Source: a bacterium (lineage in GTDB: Bacteria; UBA8248). Taken from it: 64,000 nucleotides of DNA. The stretch is from the NCBI GenBank assembly GCA_965203325.1, contig OZ241875.1, positions 2,304,001 to 2,368,000 of the forward strand, read 5' to 3'. The translations under genes were made by a program, and so were the position numbers. The notes under the pieces were generated by a model that worked only from the letters and a program-made list of their open reading frames with translations, did no database searches and was not told the DNA's origin. How positions within the stretch are numbered: position 1 is the stretch's first letter; every line of letters starts with the position of its first letter. Positions 14,659-24,100 of the stretch are shown piece by piece.

Positions 14659-15750
14659 ATGAATTTCAGCGGCGACGGCTGGGGCGACGGCGGCATGGAA
14701 GGCCCCGGCTTTCATCATTTTCCTCCCGGCGAGAACCCGGACCTGACCCCCTTTGCGGAGATGTCGGGCCGCGCGCTCAGGCGCGTCATCGAGCGCATGG
14801 ATCCCGAAATCCTCGTTCTGGCGCTTCGCGATGCCGATTCGCGGGTGGTCGAGCGTGTGCTCAGGAACGTATCTTCCAAGAACGCGGTCCATATGCGCGA
14901 GGAAATCAAGCGCGCAGGCTCCATGGAAAGCGAGCGAAGCGTCGAGGCCCGCCAGATGTTGATGCAGACCGCCTACGCCATGAAGAACCACGGCGACATT
15001 ACGTTCGACGGGCCTGCCGACGACTCCATCCCCCCGCTGGACCGGACGCTCGAAGAGGGGCTCGCCGCGTTTCACTCCTCAGGAGCCAAGGCCGAGCACG
15101 CCGTGTCGCTCATCGTCGTTCTGGCCGCGCGGGCGGAACAGCACGGGCTGCTCTCGCTGGAGCCGGCTCTTGAGCGGAGCCCGGACGGGATTTTCTCCAC
15201 CGGCCTTCGGATGCTGGTGGATCAGGCGCCCTGGGATGAGGCCGAGATGATTCTCGCCCGGCAAATCGAGTCCTCCCTCGCAGCGACGGAAAGGAACAAG
15301 GAGATCGCCATCGAGGGGGCGGTGGCGATTCTCGAGGGCGTGAGCGAGGATCGTGCGCGCGCGCGGCTCGTCGCCTTCCTGCCCGAGGGCGAGGCGGATT
15401 ACGAGCGCTTGCCGGGCGTCCGGTTTTCTCCCTCGGCCCAGGCGGCGGTCGACATCATCAGCCTGTGCGTGGAGCTCGCAGGCCTGGCGTCGCGCGATGA
15501 GGGCGGCGCGATAGCGGAGCGCCTCGAATGGATTCAGGAACCGCTCCTCAAGACGGGGCTCAAATGGGCGCTCGAGGGCGCCACGATAGATGACGTCGAG
15601 AGGCTCCTCAGCCGAAAGGGGCAGACGCGCCTCGACAGGGAGCGCAGGAAACTCGAATGCCTGGCGGAGGGTTTCATGCTCATCAGAGAGGGGCATCCTC
15701 TGGATTTCATACGAGAGGCGCTCGGCGGCTATATCGAGGACGAGGCTTGA
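14659..15750 (+). CDS. FliG C-terminal-like domain fused to two MotA cytoplasmic-like repeats; no TM segments
   Basis: LVLALRDA..VLRNVSSKNAVHMREEI..G..EARQ..HGDI aligns by eye with FliG_C; GLLSLE..FSTGLRMLVD and IEGAVAILEG..RLVAFL align with MotA; a second repeat follows. Confidence 0.7.
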   Translation: MNFSGDGWGDGGMEGPGFHHFPPGENPDLTPFAEMSGRALRRVIERMDPEILVLALRDADSRVVERVLRNVSSKNAVHMREEIKRAGSMESERSVEARQMLMQTAYAMKNHGDITFDGPADDSIPPLDRTLEEGLAAFHSSGAKAEHAVSLIVVLAARAEQHGLLSLEPALERSPDGIFSTGLRMLVDQAPWDEAEMILARQIESSLAATERNKEIAIEGAVAILEGVSEDRARARLVAFLPEGEADYERLPGVRFSPSAQAAVDIISLCVELAGLASRDEGGAIAERLEWIQEPLLKTGLKWALEGATIDDVERLLSRKGQTRLDRERRKLECLAEGFMLIREGHPLDFIREALGGYIEDEA

Positions 15751-16343
15751 GCAAGGGATCCTCTCGTGTGGAGTGGACGCTTCCCGTCCGAAACCGCCAT
15801 CTCCTGCTCACGAGGGGAAGGCGCCGGGCCATGCCGCCCGTCAAGACGCTGCGCGCCCTGGGCCTTGAGCGCGGCATGAGTTTCCTGGACATCGGCTGCG
15901 GACCCGGTTATTTCTCGGTTCCCGCCTGCAGGGTGGTGGGAAAGAATGGTCGCGTGTTCGCCTGCGACATCTCCCCGGTGATGATCAGGGAACTCAAATC
16001 GTCAGCCGAAGAGCGCGGCTACGCGAATCTTACGGCGAAGCGAAACCAGGGTTCGCGAATTCCCTTTCCGGATGCGTGCGCGGACTTTGCCCTCATCGCG
16101 TTCGTGCTCCACGGAGTGTCCGACGTCCAGCCCATGTTCGCCGAGTCAAGACGCGCGATGAGGAAGGGCGCCGCCATCACGCTCATCGACTGGCACAAGG
16201 AGCCCATGGACATGGGGCCGCCCCTCGAGGCGCGCTTTGAGCCCGAAGAACTCGTAAACGAGTTGCGCGATGCGGGCTTTCGCAAAGCCCGTTGGTGGGA
16301 TTTCGACGGCAACACCTATTTCGTCTCCGCAAAAGCGCCCTGA
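15747..16343 (+). CDS. Class I SAM-dependent methyltransferase
   Basis: LDIGCGPG motif I, ACDIS, IPFPDACAD; TTG start overlaps upstream stop. Confidence 0.8.
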   Translation: MSKGSSRVEWTLPVRNRHLLLTRGRRRAMPPVKTLRALGLERGMSFLDIGCGPGYFSVPACRVVGKNGRVFACDISPVMIRELKSSAEERGYANLTAKRNQGSRIPFPDACADFALIAFVLHGVSDVQPMFAESRRAMRKGAAITLIDWHKEPMDMGPPLEARFEPEELVNELRDAGFRKARWWDFDGNTYFVSAKAP

Positions 16344-16402
16344 CGGCTGTCAAGGTGGAGGCGTTGCGCTATAATCCGGCACTCATGGAGGCGGCGAGCA
16401 AG

Positions 16403-17164
16403 ATGGAAGACAAATCCTCGATTCAAGGACACGTGGCGCTCGTGACGGCGGGCGCGGTGGGCATCGGCGAGGCAATCGCCGAGCGCCTCGCGCATGAGGG
16501 CGCGCGCGTCGTGTTGTTGGATCTCGACCAGACGCAAGGCGAGGCGACCGCGCAGCGGATACGCGAGGCGGGGGGCGAGGCCCGCTTCGTCAATACCGAC
16601 GCCACCTCGGCGAGCGAGGTCAAAGCGGCCGTGGCCGAGGCGCTTCACGAGTGGGCGCGCATCGACATTCTGGTGAACTGCGCAGGCGGCTTCGTGGAGA
16701 ATCCGCTCATCGAAGATTTGGATGAGGCGCAGTGGCGCAGGGCCGTGGACTTGAATTTGAAAAGCGCCTACCTGTGCGCGCGCGAGGTGATGCCCGTCAT
16801 GAAGAAAAGACGCTATGGCCGCATCGTGAGCATCTCCTCCCAGTCGGGCCGCGACTCCGTTATCGAGACGGGCTTGGCCTACAGCGCCGCCAAGGCGGGC
16901 CTTTTCGGCTTTGGGAGGCGGCTGGCGGTGGAAGTCGCTCCCCACGGCGTCACGGTGAACACGGTGGCCCCGGGCGTGGTGCTCACCCCGAGGACGGCCG
17001 TGGTCCATAAGGACAGACTGCCCGAGATAATCGCGAAAATACCGGCGGGCCGCGTGGCGGACGCCGCGGACATCGCCGACGCCGTGTGGTATCTCGCCAG
17101 ACCCGAGGCGCGTTACGTCACGGGCGTGACGCTCGACGTCAACGGCGGCAGGTACGTTCACTAG
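16403..17164 (+). CDS. SDR-family oxidoreductase (paralog 1)
   Basis: TAGAVGIG, NCAG, YSAAK, VNTVAPG. Confidence 0.9.
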   Translation: MEDKSSIQGHVALVTAGAVGIGEAIAERLAHEGARVVLLDLDQTQGEATAQRIREAGGEARFVNTDATSASEVKAAVAEALHEWARIDILVNCAGGFVENPLIEDLDEAQWRRAVDLNLKSAYLCAREVMPVMKKRRYGRIVSISSQSGRDSVIETGLAYSAAKAGLFGFGRRLAVEVAPHGVTVNTVAPGVVLTPRTAVVHKDRLPEIIAKIPAGRVADAADIADAVWYLARPEARYVTGVTLDVNGGRYVH

Positions 17165-17177
17165 AAAGGACAATCGC

Positions 17178-17936
17178 GTGCATGAGCGATCCTCGATAAA
17201 AGATCACGTCGCCATCGTCACCGGCGCGACCGACGGCATCGGCCTGGCGACGGCGATACGCTTCGCGGACGAGGGCGCGAAGGTGGTGATTACGGGGCGC
17301 GACCCGGACCGCGGCTCGGCGGCCTTGGCCACGGTGAGCGCGCACGGCGACGCCATATTCGTCCAGGGCGACGCCGCCCGGAAAGAAGACGTCGACCTTC
17401 TCTTCGCCCGCACGCTCGGAACGTGGGGGCGCCTCGACATTCTGGTGAACTGCGCGGGCGGTTTCGTGGAGGTGCCCGATATCGAGGACCTCGACGAGGC
17501 GGAGTGGGAAAAGATCGTCGAATGGAACCTCACGAGTTGTTATCTCGCCACCCGGGCGGCGGCGGCTCCGATGAAAGAGAGAGGCTATGGCCGCATCGTG
17601 AACGTCTCGTCCATCTCCGCGCGCGACGCCCTGGCGAACGTATCCCTGGTCTACAGCGCCGCGAAATCCGCCATGCAGGGCTTCACGAGGAGACTCGCGG
17701 TGGAACTCGCTCCCCACGGCGTCACGGTGAACGCCGTGGCCCCGGGCGTGACGCTCACCAAGCGCTTTCGCCTGGTGCACCAGGAGCGCGTGCCGCAGAT
17801 AGTGGCGAACTTGCCGGTGGGCTTCGGCGGAGAGCCCGAGGACATCGCCGATGCGATCTGGTATTTCTCCACCCCCGGTTCGGGCTACGTCACGGGCGCG
17901 ACCATCGACGTGAACGGCGGCCAGTATGTGAACTAG
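17178..17936 (+). CDS. SDR-family oxidoreductase (paralog 2)
   Basis: TGATDGIG, NCAG, YSAAK, VNAVAPG. Confidence 0.9.
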   Translation: MHERSSIKDHVAIVTGATDGIGLATAIRFADEGAKVVITGRDPDRGSAALATVSAHGDAIFVQGDAARKEDVDLLFARTLGTWGRLDILVNCAGGFVEVPDIEDLDEAEWEKIVEWNLTSCYLATRAAAAPMKERGYGRIVNVSSISARDALANVSLVYSAAKSAMQGFTRRLAVELAPHGVTVNAVAPGVTLTKRFRLVHQERVPQIVANLPVGFGGEPEDIADAIWYFSTPGSGYVTGATIDVNGGQYVN

Positions 17937-18046
17937 CCGCCTTGAACGATTTCGGCCCGACGCGCGCCGATACCTCCGAAACAGGCGGATTCGTGGTATC
18001 ATCCCGAATCACGAGAGTTCCAAGCCGTCTAAACGCCAGAGGAGCC

Positions 18047-18451
18047 ATGCAAATGCGATATCTCCTGCTCATGTTTGGTTTGGCCTTGCTCGCCGCCGTC
18101 CTGGTTTTGCCGCAGGCCGCGCTCGCCTTGGAAGGGTGGAAGCCCTATGACACCAAGGCGTTCGCCCAGGCCCAAAAAGACGGAAAGACGATTTTCGTGG
18201 CCGTCCACACCGAGTGGTGAGGGACGTGCAGGCAGCAGGTGCCGCTGCTTCAGTCCCTGATTAAAGAGAAGAAGTTCGAAAACGCCGCCACGTTCGTGGT
18301 GGACTACGACACCCAGCGCGATTTCCTGAAAGAACACAGCGTTCGCTGGCAATCGACGATCATCGTCTTCAAGGGCGCACAGGAAAAGGGCCGCTCGACG
18401 GGCGACGTGGACATTGCGAGCATCCGGAGCCTCATGGCGCGCGCGCTGTAG
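18047..18451 (+). CDS. Exported thioredoxin-like protein, probable selenoprotein (W-U-G-T-C; in-frame TGA 18218-18220)
   Basis: AGAGGAG RBS, signal peptide, VAVHTEW-[TGA]-GTCRQQ continues in frame into ORF 18239..18451; hairpin directly 3' of TGA. Confidence 0.8.
18221..18257 (+). promoter_or_regulatory. Candidate bacterial SECIS hairpin
   Basis: GGGAC/GTCCC lower stem, AGGCAGC/GCTGCTT upper stem, AGGTGCC loop, starting immediately after the TGA. Confidence 0.6.
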
Positions 18452-18503
18452 AACGAACGGAACCGGCGAACGAGGGCCTGGCTTCCGCGGACCTTTCTCG
18501 TTT

Positions 18504-19559
18504 TCATCCGAGCGGCGAGACGGCCACCTCTCCGTCTCTTACGGCGACTTCCGTTCCGTAGGGAGCGGAGAATCTTTTCATCATATCCACGATCTCGCGG
18601 CCCTCACCGCGCCTCGGCGAGAGGGGTTTGGGCGCGCCGCCCACGCCGCAGCGGCAGGGGATGAGGTGAAGGTCGCTCAGCCCTTCTTTGTCCATGCGTC
18701 CGCCCAGCAGAAACGACTGAAGCGTCGCATCCGTGAAGAAAGGCTCGACTTCGTCGAAAATCAGATTCCCGCTGCAGTGGACGATGGGCCGGCCGTTGTA
18801 GAACTCGATGGCGGAGAGCACGTGCTGGTGTCCGCCGAAGACGGCGCACGCGCCCGCGTCGATCGCCGCTTTCCCGATCTCCCTTTGATGCTCGTGCACC
18901 TCGTGACGCATGCTCGCCCCCCAGTGCTGGTAGACGAAGACGAGGTCGACCTCGGTCTTGAGCCGGGCGACCTCTTCTTTCATCCGCGCGAGGTCTTCCG
19001 CCACCGCCCAGGAGTGGATGACGGGTTCGGAAGCCGGGTATTCGTCCAGGTTTCTGAGCGGCGTGTAGGACGTCCTGACGCGTAGGGGGTTCACGCCGGG
19101 CTCGTCCGCGTCGGCCGCGTGGCCCTGCGGCAACACGGACGAATAGGCGAGCAGGCCAACCCTCAGCCCGCCGCGATCGAGCACGACGGGGGCTCCCGCG
19201 TCTTCCAGGTCCATTCCCGCGCCCGTGAAAGGGATCCTCGCGCGGCGCAGCGTCACCATGGTTTCTTCGAGAGAGGGAACCCCGAAATCGAGCAGGTGGT
19301 TGTTCGCGATTCCCACCGCGTCGAAGCCGGCATCCACGAGTCCCGCCACCAGAGAGGGGTGTCCACGGTGCTTGGTCGCCTTTCCCTTCATGAGTTCGCC
19401 GCGCGTCGATAGCGCGTTCTCGAGATTCGCGAAAGAAAAATCGGCGCCGCGGAACAGTTTTCCCAGCTGGCCGAACATTCCCTTGGCGGAAGCCCTGTCG
19501 GGCGCGATGTCGCCGCCTGTGAGAAATGAAGCGGTGGAGTGAGGATTTTTTTTACTCAT
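18504..19559 (-). CDS. CapA-family metallophosphatase-fold protein
   Basis: GD, ANLE, ANNHLLDFG, HWG, GGHQH, SGNLIF motifs. Confidence 0.88.
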   Translation of the reverse strand: MSKKNPHSTASFLTGGDIAPDRASAKGMFGQLGKLFRGADFSFANLENALSTRGELMKGKATKHRGHPSLVAGLVDAGFDAVGIANNHLLDFGVPSLEETMVTLRRARIPFTGAGMDLEDAGAPVVLDRGGLRVGLLAYSSVLPQGHAADADEPGVNPLRVRTSYTPLRNLDEYPASEPVIHSWAVAEDLARMKEEVARLKTEVDLVFVYQHWGASMRHEVHEHQREIGKAAIDAGACAVFGGHQHVLSAIEFYNGRPIVHCSGNLIFDEVEPFFTDATLQSFLLGGRMDKEGLSDLHLIPCRCGVGGAPKPLSPRRGEGREIVDMMKRFSAPYGTEVAVRDGEVAVSPLG

Positions 19560-20610
19560 CGTCGGGTCCTCTTTGAAAACAGGCAGAAGATGATGCGGCG
19601 TGCGCCCTGGGGGCAACGCTTCTCAGTTCATCGGCGGCTTGCTCCGGAGCCACCTCGTTGATGTGCGCGCCAAGGCCGGTTTCGAGGGCAGCCTGCGGCG
19701 TGAGGCGCGGGAAAAGCTCGATGTGCCAGCGATGCGCCTTAAGGTTTTCCTCCATGCCATCCGCCGCGAGCAGAAAAGAGAGGTTGACGGGCGGATCGTG
19801 GAGAAGTTCCTTGTAGCGCCTTAAAGTCCGCGCCAGCGCGGCTCCGACGGCGACGAGCGTCTCGGGCGCGCTCCGGGTGAAGCAGCTTTCGGTCGGCCAG
19901 GGGGTGATATGGGCGAGATAGGGAAAGCGCGACGCCCACGGGCAGAAAACGGCGGCGCCCTCTTCGCCTGTTTCCACCATCCGCTCTCCGCCTTCGCGTT
20001 CAGCCTCGAGGAGGTGATCCAAAAGCGCGGCATTTCGTTCCTGATAGAATCCGGTTTCTATGTCCAGCTTCTTCTCGAAGGCTCCGGTGTGGACCGGGAG
20101 GCCGAGTATCTGAAAGTGCGAATGGAGGATGGATGCGCCCGCCTGCGCGCCGTGATTCTTGAAGGCGCAGACGAAGCGCACGCCCGGGGCGTCGGCGAGC
20201 GCACGCGCTCTTTCCTGCAGCAGGGCCAGAACGTCACCCGCGTGCGCTTCGCCCAAATCAGCCAAGCCCTTCGTGTGACGGGGAGAATCGATGAGCACCT
20301 CGTGGCGTCCTCCGCCGAGGAGTGACGAAAAGACGCCCTCGCTTGCACGCGCGGGCTCTCCGCTGCCGACGGCAGGGTATTTGTTCGCCACGCAGCGCGC
20401 GCGCCAGCCGGGCGCGTTCTCCTCGCCCTCGTCCCTGATGGCTCCGACCTCGGGCGGCGTCGCGCTCTCGTTGCCCGGACAGAAAGGACAAGCCGGGTCT
20501 TCTTCTGTGGGCGTGGCGTTCGCGTAATGCGCGGGATGGGGTCGCGCGCGCCTGTCGGGCGCGATGAGCGTCCATTCCCCGCGATGCGGGTCGTATCTCG
20601 ACTCGGGCAT
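19552..20610 (-). CDS. galT: Galactose-1-phosphate uridylyltransferase-like protein
   Basis: RRARP, CPFCPGNE, NKYPA, FKNHGAQAGASILHSHFQ, WHIELFPR. Confidence 0.85.
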   Translation of the reverse strand: MPESRYDPHRGEWTLIAPDRRARPHPAHYANATPTEEDPACPFCPGNESATPPEVGAIRDEGEENAPGWRARCVANKYPAVGSGEPARASEGVFSSLLGGGRHEVLIDSPRHTKGLADLGEAHAGDVLALLQERARALADAPGVRFVCAFKNHGAQAGASILHSHFQILGLPVHTGAFEKKLDIETGFYQERNAALLDHLLEAEREGGERMVETGEEGAAVFCPWASRFPYLAHITPWPTESCFTRSAPETLVAVGAALARTLRRYKELLHDPPVNLSFLLAADGMEENLKAHRWHIELFPRLTPQAALETGLGAHINEVAPEQAADELRSVAPRAHAASSSACFQRGPDDE

Positions 20611-20984
20611 GAGCGCCTCGTTTTTTGTGGATATAAACGCTTAAACAATGTAGCATGACAAATAATTATTGAAAGTAAAAAGGGGCGCTGGCGCAAAAAG
20701 GACGAAAATCCGACCGGTATGGTTTGGTTTTAGCCCTGTGCGTTTCTCTTGTTGGTGAGGGTTCACGCATGCCCCGGATTGGAGGCGGTTTGCGTTTTTG
20801 AGTTGGCCCGCATAAACTTTTGGATGATACAAAACCTGATCCGGCGGCTTTGGTAGCGCCGAAGATATAGCCTGAAAACGAACCCGCAGGGGCTTTGGGA
20901 GAGGGGCAGGACTCTCTCTTGCGCGAGGGCCCCGCTCTTTTCTTCGAATCGACCGGCACACACAACGAGAACAGGGGGTCAACC

Positions 20985-22022
20985 ATGAAATCCAGAGTTC
21001 TTCTTATCTTCGTTTTGACCATCGCCATAGGAACTGCGGCGCTCGTATCCCTCCCGAGCCGGGCAGATGCCGCCTGTAGCGTCCGCATCGGCGACCTGAA
21101 CTGGGACAGCGCGAACTTTCACGATCAGGTGACCGCCTTCATCCTGGAGCACGGCTACGGCTGCCGGGTGCGGCTCATCTACGGCGGCACGCTGCCGATC
21201 ATGACGGCCCACTACGAGGGCAAGAACGACATTATCATGGAGCTTTGGTACGACAACGTGAAGGCGCAGTACGACCCCGCCATGAAGAGCGGCAAGGTCA
21301 AGCAGGTGGGCATCAACACGCCCGACAGCATACAGGGCTGGTTCATACCGCGCTTCGTCCAGAAGGCGAATCCCGGCCTCAAGTCTGTCTTCGACCTGCC
21401 CAAGTACAAGCACCTCTTCAAGGACCCCGAAGAGCCCTCCAAGGGCCGGTTCGTGAACTGCATCCCCGGCTGGTCGTGCGAGGTCATCAACACGGTGAAG
21501 CTGCGCGCCTACGGGCTGGAAAAACACTTCACGAATTTCCGGCCTGGTTCAGGCGGCGCGCTCGCGGCGGCCATCAAGGGCGCGTATCTCAAGAAAAAAC
21601 CCGTGCTCGCCTATTACTGGGCGCCCACGCCGCTCCTGGGACAGCTCGACCTCGTCCAACTCGAAGAGCCCAAATGGAACGAGGCCGACTGGAACGTGGT
21701 GGTGAAGCACATGGACGCGCTCAAGAAGGGCGGAATGGAGGCCCTGGGGAATCCCAAGAAGGCGACAGCCTACCGGACGGCAGAGCTGCCGAAGTCGGTC
21801 ACCACGAAGTTCGCGGCCAAGCACCCGAAGATAGTGGCATTCATCGAGAAGTACACGCTACCATCCAAAGAAGTCTCGAAGATGCTGGCCTATCTCGAGA
21901 GCAAGGCCGGCGGCGACGCCAAGGCCACCGCTATCCATTTCCTGAAGACCAACAAGGTCTGGAAGAAGTGGGTTCCGGCCGACGTGGCGAAAAAGGTCGA
22001 GGCGGCGCTCAAATCGGCTTGA
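20985..22022 (+). CDS. Glycine betaine/proline-type ABC transporter substrate-binding protein (ProX-like)
   Basis: Signal peptide, DLNWDS, GRFVNCIPGWSCE, YYWAPT; upstream of permease and ATPase. Confidence 0.85.
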   Translation: MKSRVLLIFVLTIAIGTAALVSLPSRADAACSVRIGDLNWDSANFHDQVTAFILEHGYGCRVRLIYGGTLPIMTAHYEGKNDIIMELWYDNVKAQYDPAMKSGKVKQVGINTPDSIQGWFIPRFVQKANPGLKSVFDLPKYKHLFKDPEEPSKGRFVNCIPGWSCEVINTVKLRAYGLEKHFTNFRPGSGGALAAAIKGAYLKKKPVLAYYWAPTPLLGQLDLVQLEEPKWNEADWNVVVKHMDALKKGGMEALGNPKKATAYRTAELPKSVTTKFAAKHPKIVAFIEKYTLPSKEVSKMLAYLESKAGGDAKATAIHFLKTNKVWKKWVPADVAKKVEAALKSA

Positions 22023-22083
22023 TTCGCGCCAGCGCGATGCTTTTTTCTCGTGAAGCGGCGCCTGGTCCCGGGGAGGTCCGCCG

Positions 22084-22992
22084 ATGATGAAGTTTTTCCG
22101 CGGACTGTTCCCCGACTGGGCGGTCGAATGGCCCAAGAGCCTGAACCTGCCGCTCAACAAGTGGACCAACGATTTCGTCGAATGGCTGGTCTCCGAGTAC
22201 GGGATCGTCTTCGAGACCGCATCGGACGCCATTCTCGTTCTGCTGGTCGGCCTCGAACGCTTCCTGCGCGACCTCCCCTGGCTCGTCGTATTCCTGGGCG
22301 TGTGCGCGCTCACTTTCTTCTCCAGCGGGCGCAAATGGGGCCTGACCGCCCTGGTGGCCGCCTGTACGTTCTTCATCGGCCTCACCGATCCCAGGCTGTG
22401 GGATTTGTCGATGATGACCCTCTCGGTGATGCTGGTATCCACCCTCATCTGCATCGGCCTGGGCGTTCCGATCGGCATCGCGATATCGAGAAACGACCGG
22501 ATGCGCGATATGGTGCTGCCCGCGCTCGACCTCATGCAGACCATGCCGAGCTTCGTCTATCTCATTCCGGCGATCATGCTCTTCGGCCTCGGCGCTGTGC
22601 CCGCCGTCTTCGCCACGGTGATCTACGCCATCCCGCCGGTGGTCCGCCTGACCGACTTGGGCATCCGCCTGGTGGACAAGGACATCGTCGAAGCTTCCGA
22701 CGCCATGGGCGCGAGCCGGAGGCAGAAGCTCCTTCGCGTGCAGATACCGATGGCGCTGCCCAACATCATGCAGGGAGTCAACCAGACCACGATGATGGCG
22801 CTCGCGATGGTGGTGATCGCCTCGATGATCGGAACCCGGGGGCTCGGCACAGAGGTGCTCATCGGCCTCCAGCAGCTCAACGTCGGCCGCGCGCTCGAAG
22901 CCGGCGTGGCCATTGTGTTGCTCGCCATCGTGATGGACCGCGTCACCCAGGCCTACGGCGGGCGCTTCATCCGCACGAGCGGGAGGGTCTGA
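22084..22992 (+). CDS. ProW-like ABC permease
   Basis: LDLMQTMPSFVYLIP, EAA-like loop, GVNQTTMMALAMVVIASMIG. Confidence 0.92.
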   Translation: MMKFFRGLFPDWAVEWPKSLNLPLNKWTNDFVEWLVSEYGIVFETASDAILVLLVGLERFLRDLPWLVVFLGVCALTFFSSGRKWGLTALVAACTFFIGLTDPRLWDLSMMTLSVMLVSTLICIGLGVPIGIAISRNDRMRDMVLPALDLMQTMPSFVYLIPAIMLFGLGAVPAVFATVIYAIPPVVRLTDLGIRLVDKDIVEASDAMGASRRQKLLRVQIPMALPNIMQGVNQTTMMALAMVVIASMIGTRGLGTEVLIGLQQLNVGRALEAGVAIVLLAIVMDRVTQAYGGRFIRTSGRV

Positions 22993-22996
22993 GCCG

Positions 22997-24025
22997 ATGG
23001 CGCTGATCGAGGTGCGAAACGTCTACAAGATATTCGGAACGGGACGTGCGCTGGAGGCGGCGCTCGACCTGGCCCAGACGGGCGTCGAGAAGAACGACGT
23101 GCTGGTCGAAACCGGCTGTACGCTGGGACTCAAGGACGTGAGCCTCTCCGTCGAGCGCGGTGAGATATTCGTGGTCATGGGCCTTTCGGGTTCGGGGAAA
23201 TCGACCCTGATCCGCCACATCAACCGGCTGATCGACCCGACGACGGGCCGGATTCTCGTCGACGGGCGCGACGTTCTCGAATTCTCGCCCGAGGAGTTGC
23301 TCGCGTTCCGCCGGGGCGCCGCGAGTATGGTTTTTCAGCGCTTCGCGCTCTTTCCGCACATGACGGTGCTGGAGAACGTGGGCTACGGCCTCGAGGTCCA
23401 GGGGACCGAACACGCCGAGCAGCGCAGGCGCGCGATGCGGTGGATAGAGGACGTGGGCCTCACCGGTTACGAGAACGCCTATCCGGCACAACTCTCCGGC
23501 GGCATGCAGCAGCGCGTGGGCCTGGCGCGCGCCCTGTGCACGGACCCCGAAATACTGCTCATGGACGAGCCCTTCAGCGCCCTGGACCCGCTGATCCGCA
23601 AACAGATGCAGGAGCATCTCATCACCCTTCAGCGCGACCTCAAAAAAACCATCGTTTTCATCACCCACGATCTCGACGAGGCGCTCAAGCTGGGCGATCA
23701 CGTCGCCATCCTGAAAGACGGCGTGATCGACCAGATTGGCCGGCCGGAGGAGATTCTGCTCAACCCGGCCACCGACTACGTGCGCGAGTTCGTGCGCGAC
23801 GTGAAGCGGGGCCGCGTGGTGACGGCGGGCTCCATCATGACGCCGCCGTGCAGCGAGACCACGGGGCCTGTCGTCTCGCGCGACACCGTGCTGCAGGACA
23901 TGCTGCCCGGGTGCATCGAGAGTGATGCGCCCCTGCGAGTGGTGGACGATGCGGGCGCCGTCGTCGGCGCCGTCTCCCGCAAAACCCTCCTGCGCGGCCT
24001 GGCGGATCATTCCGGGAAGAGGTAG
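22997..24025 (+). CDS. ProV-like ABC ATPase
   Basis: GLSGSGKST, LSGGMQQRVGLARAL, MDEPFSALDPLIR. Confidence 0.93.
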   Translation: MALIEVRNVYKIFGTGRALEAALDLAQTGVEKNDVLVETGCTLGLKDVSLSVERGEIFVVMGLSGSGKSTLIRHINRLIDPTTGRILVDGRDVLEFSPEELLAFRRGAASMVFQRFALFPHMTVLENVGYGLEVQGTEHAEQRRRAMRWIEDVGLTGYENAYPAQLSGGMQQRVGLARALCTDPEILLMDEPFSALDPLIRKQMQEHLITLQRDLKKTIVFITHDLDEALKLGDHVAILKDGVIDQIGRPEEILLNPATDYVREFVRDVKRGRVVTAGSIMTPPCSETTGPVVSRDTVLQDMLPGCIESDAPLRVVDDAGAVVGAVSRKTLLRGLADHSGKR

Positions 24026-24100
24026 AGGAAGGCCTGCGCCTCCACTCGGCGCTTCGCTTCACCCCTGGACAATCCATTTTTCCATTTTCGAGGTTGACCT

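Noticed and set aside
18218..18220. Thioredoxin-like gene as a nonsense pseudogene
   Set aside because: The stop is TGA at the catalytic Cys position with a 3' hairpin, and both halves are intact, so Sec read-through is the better explanation.
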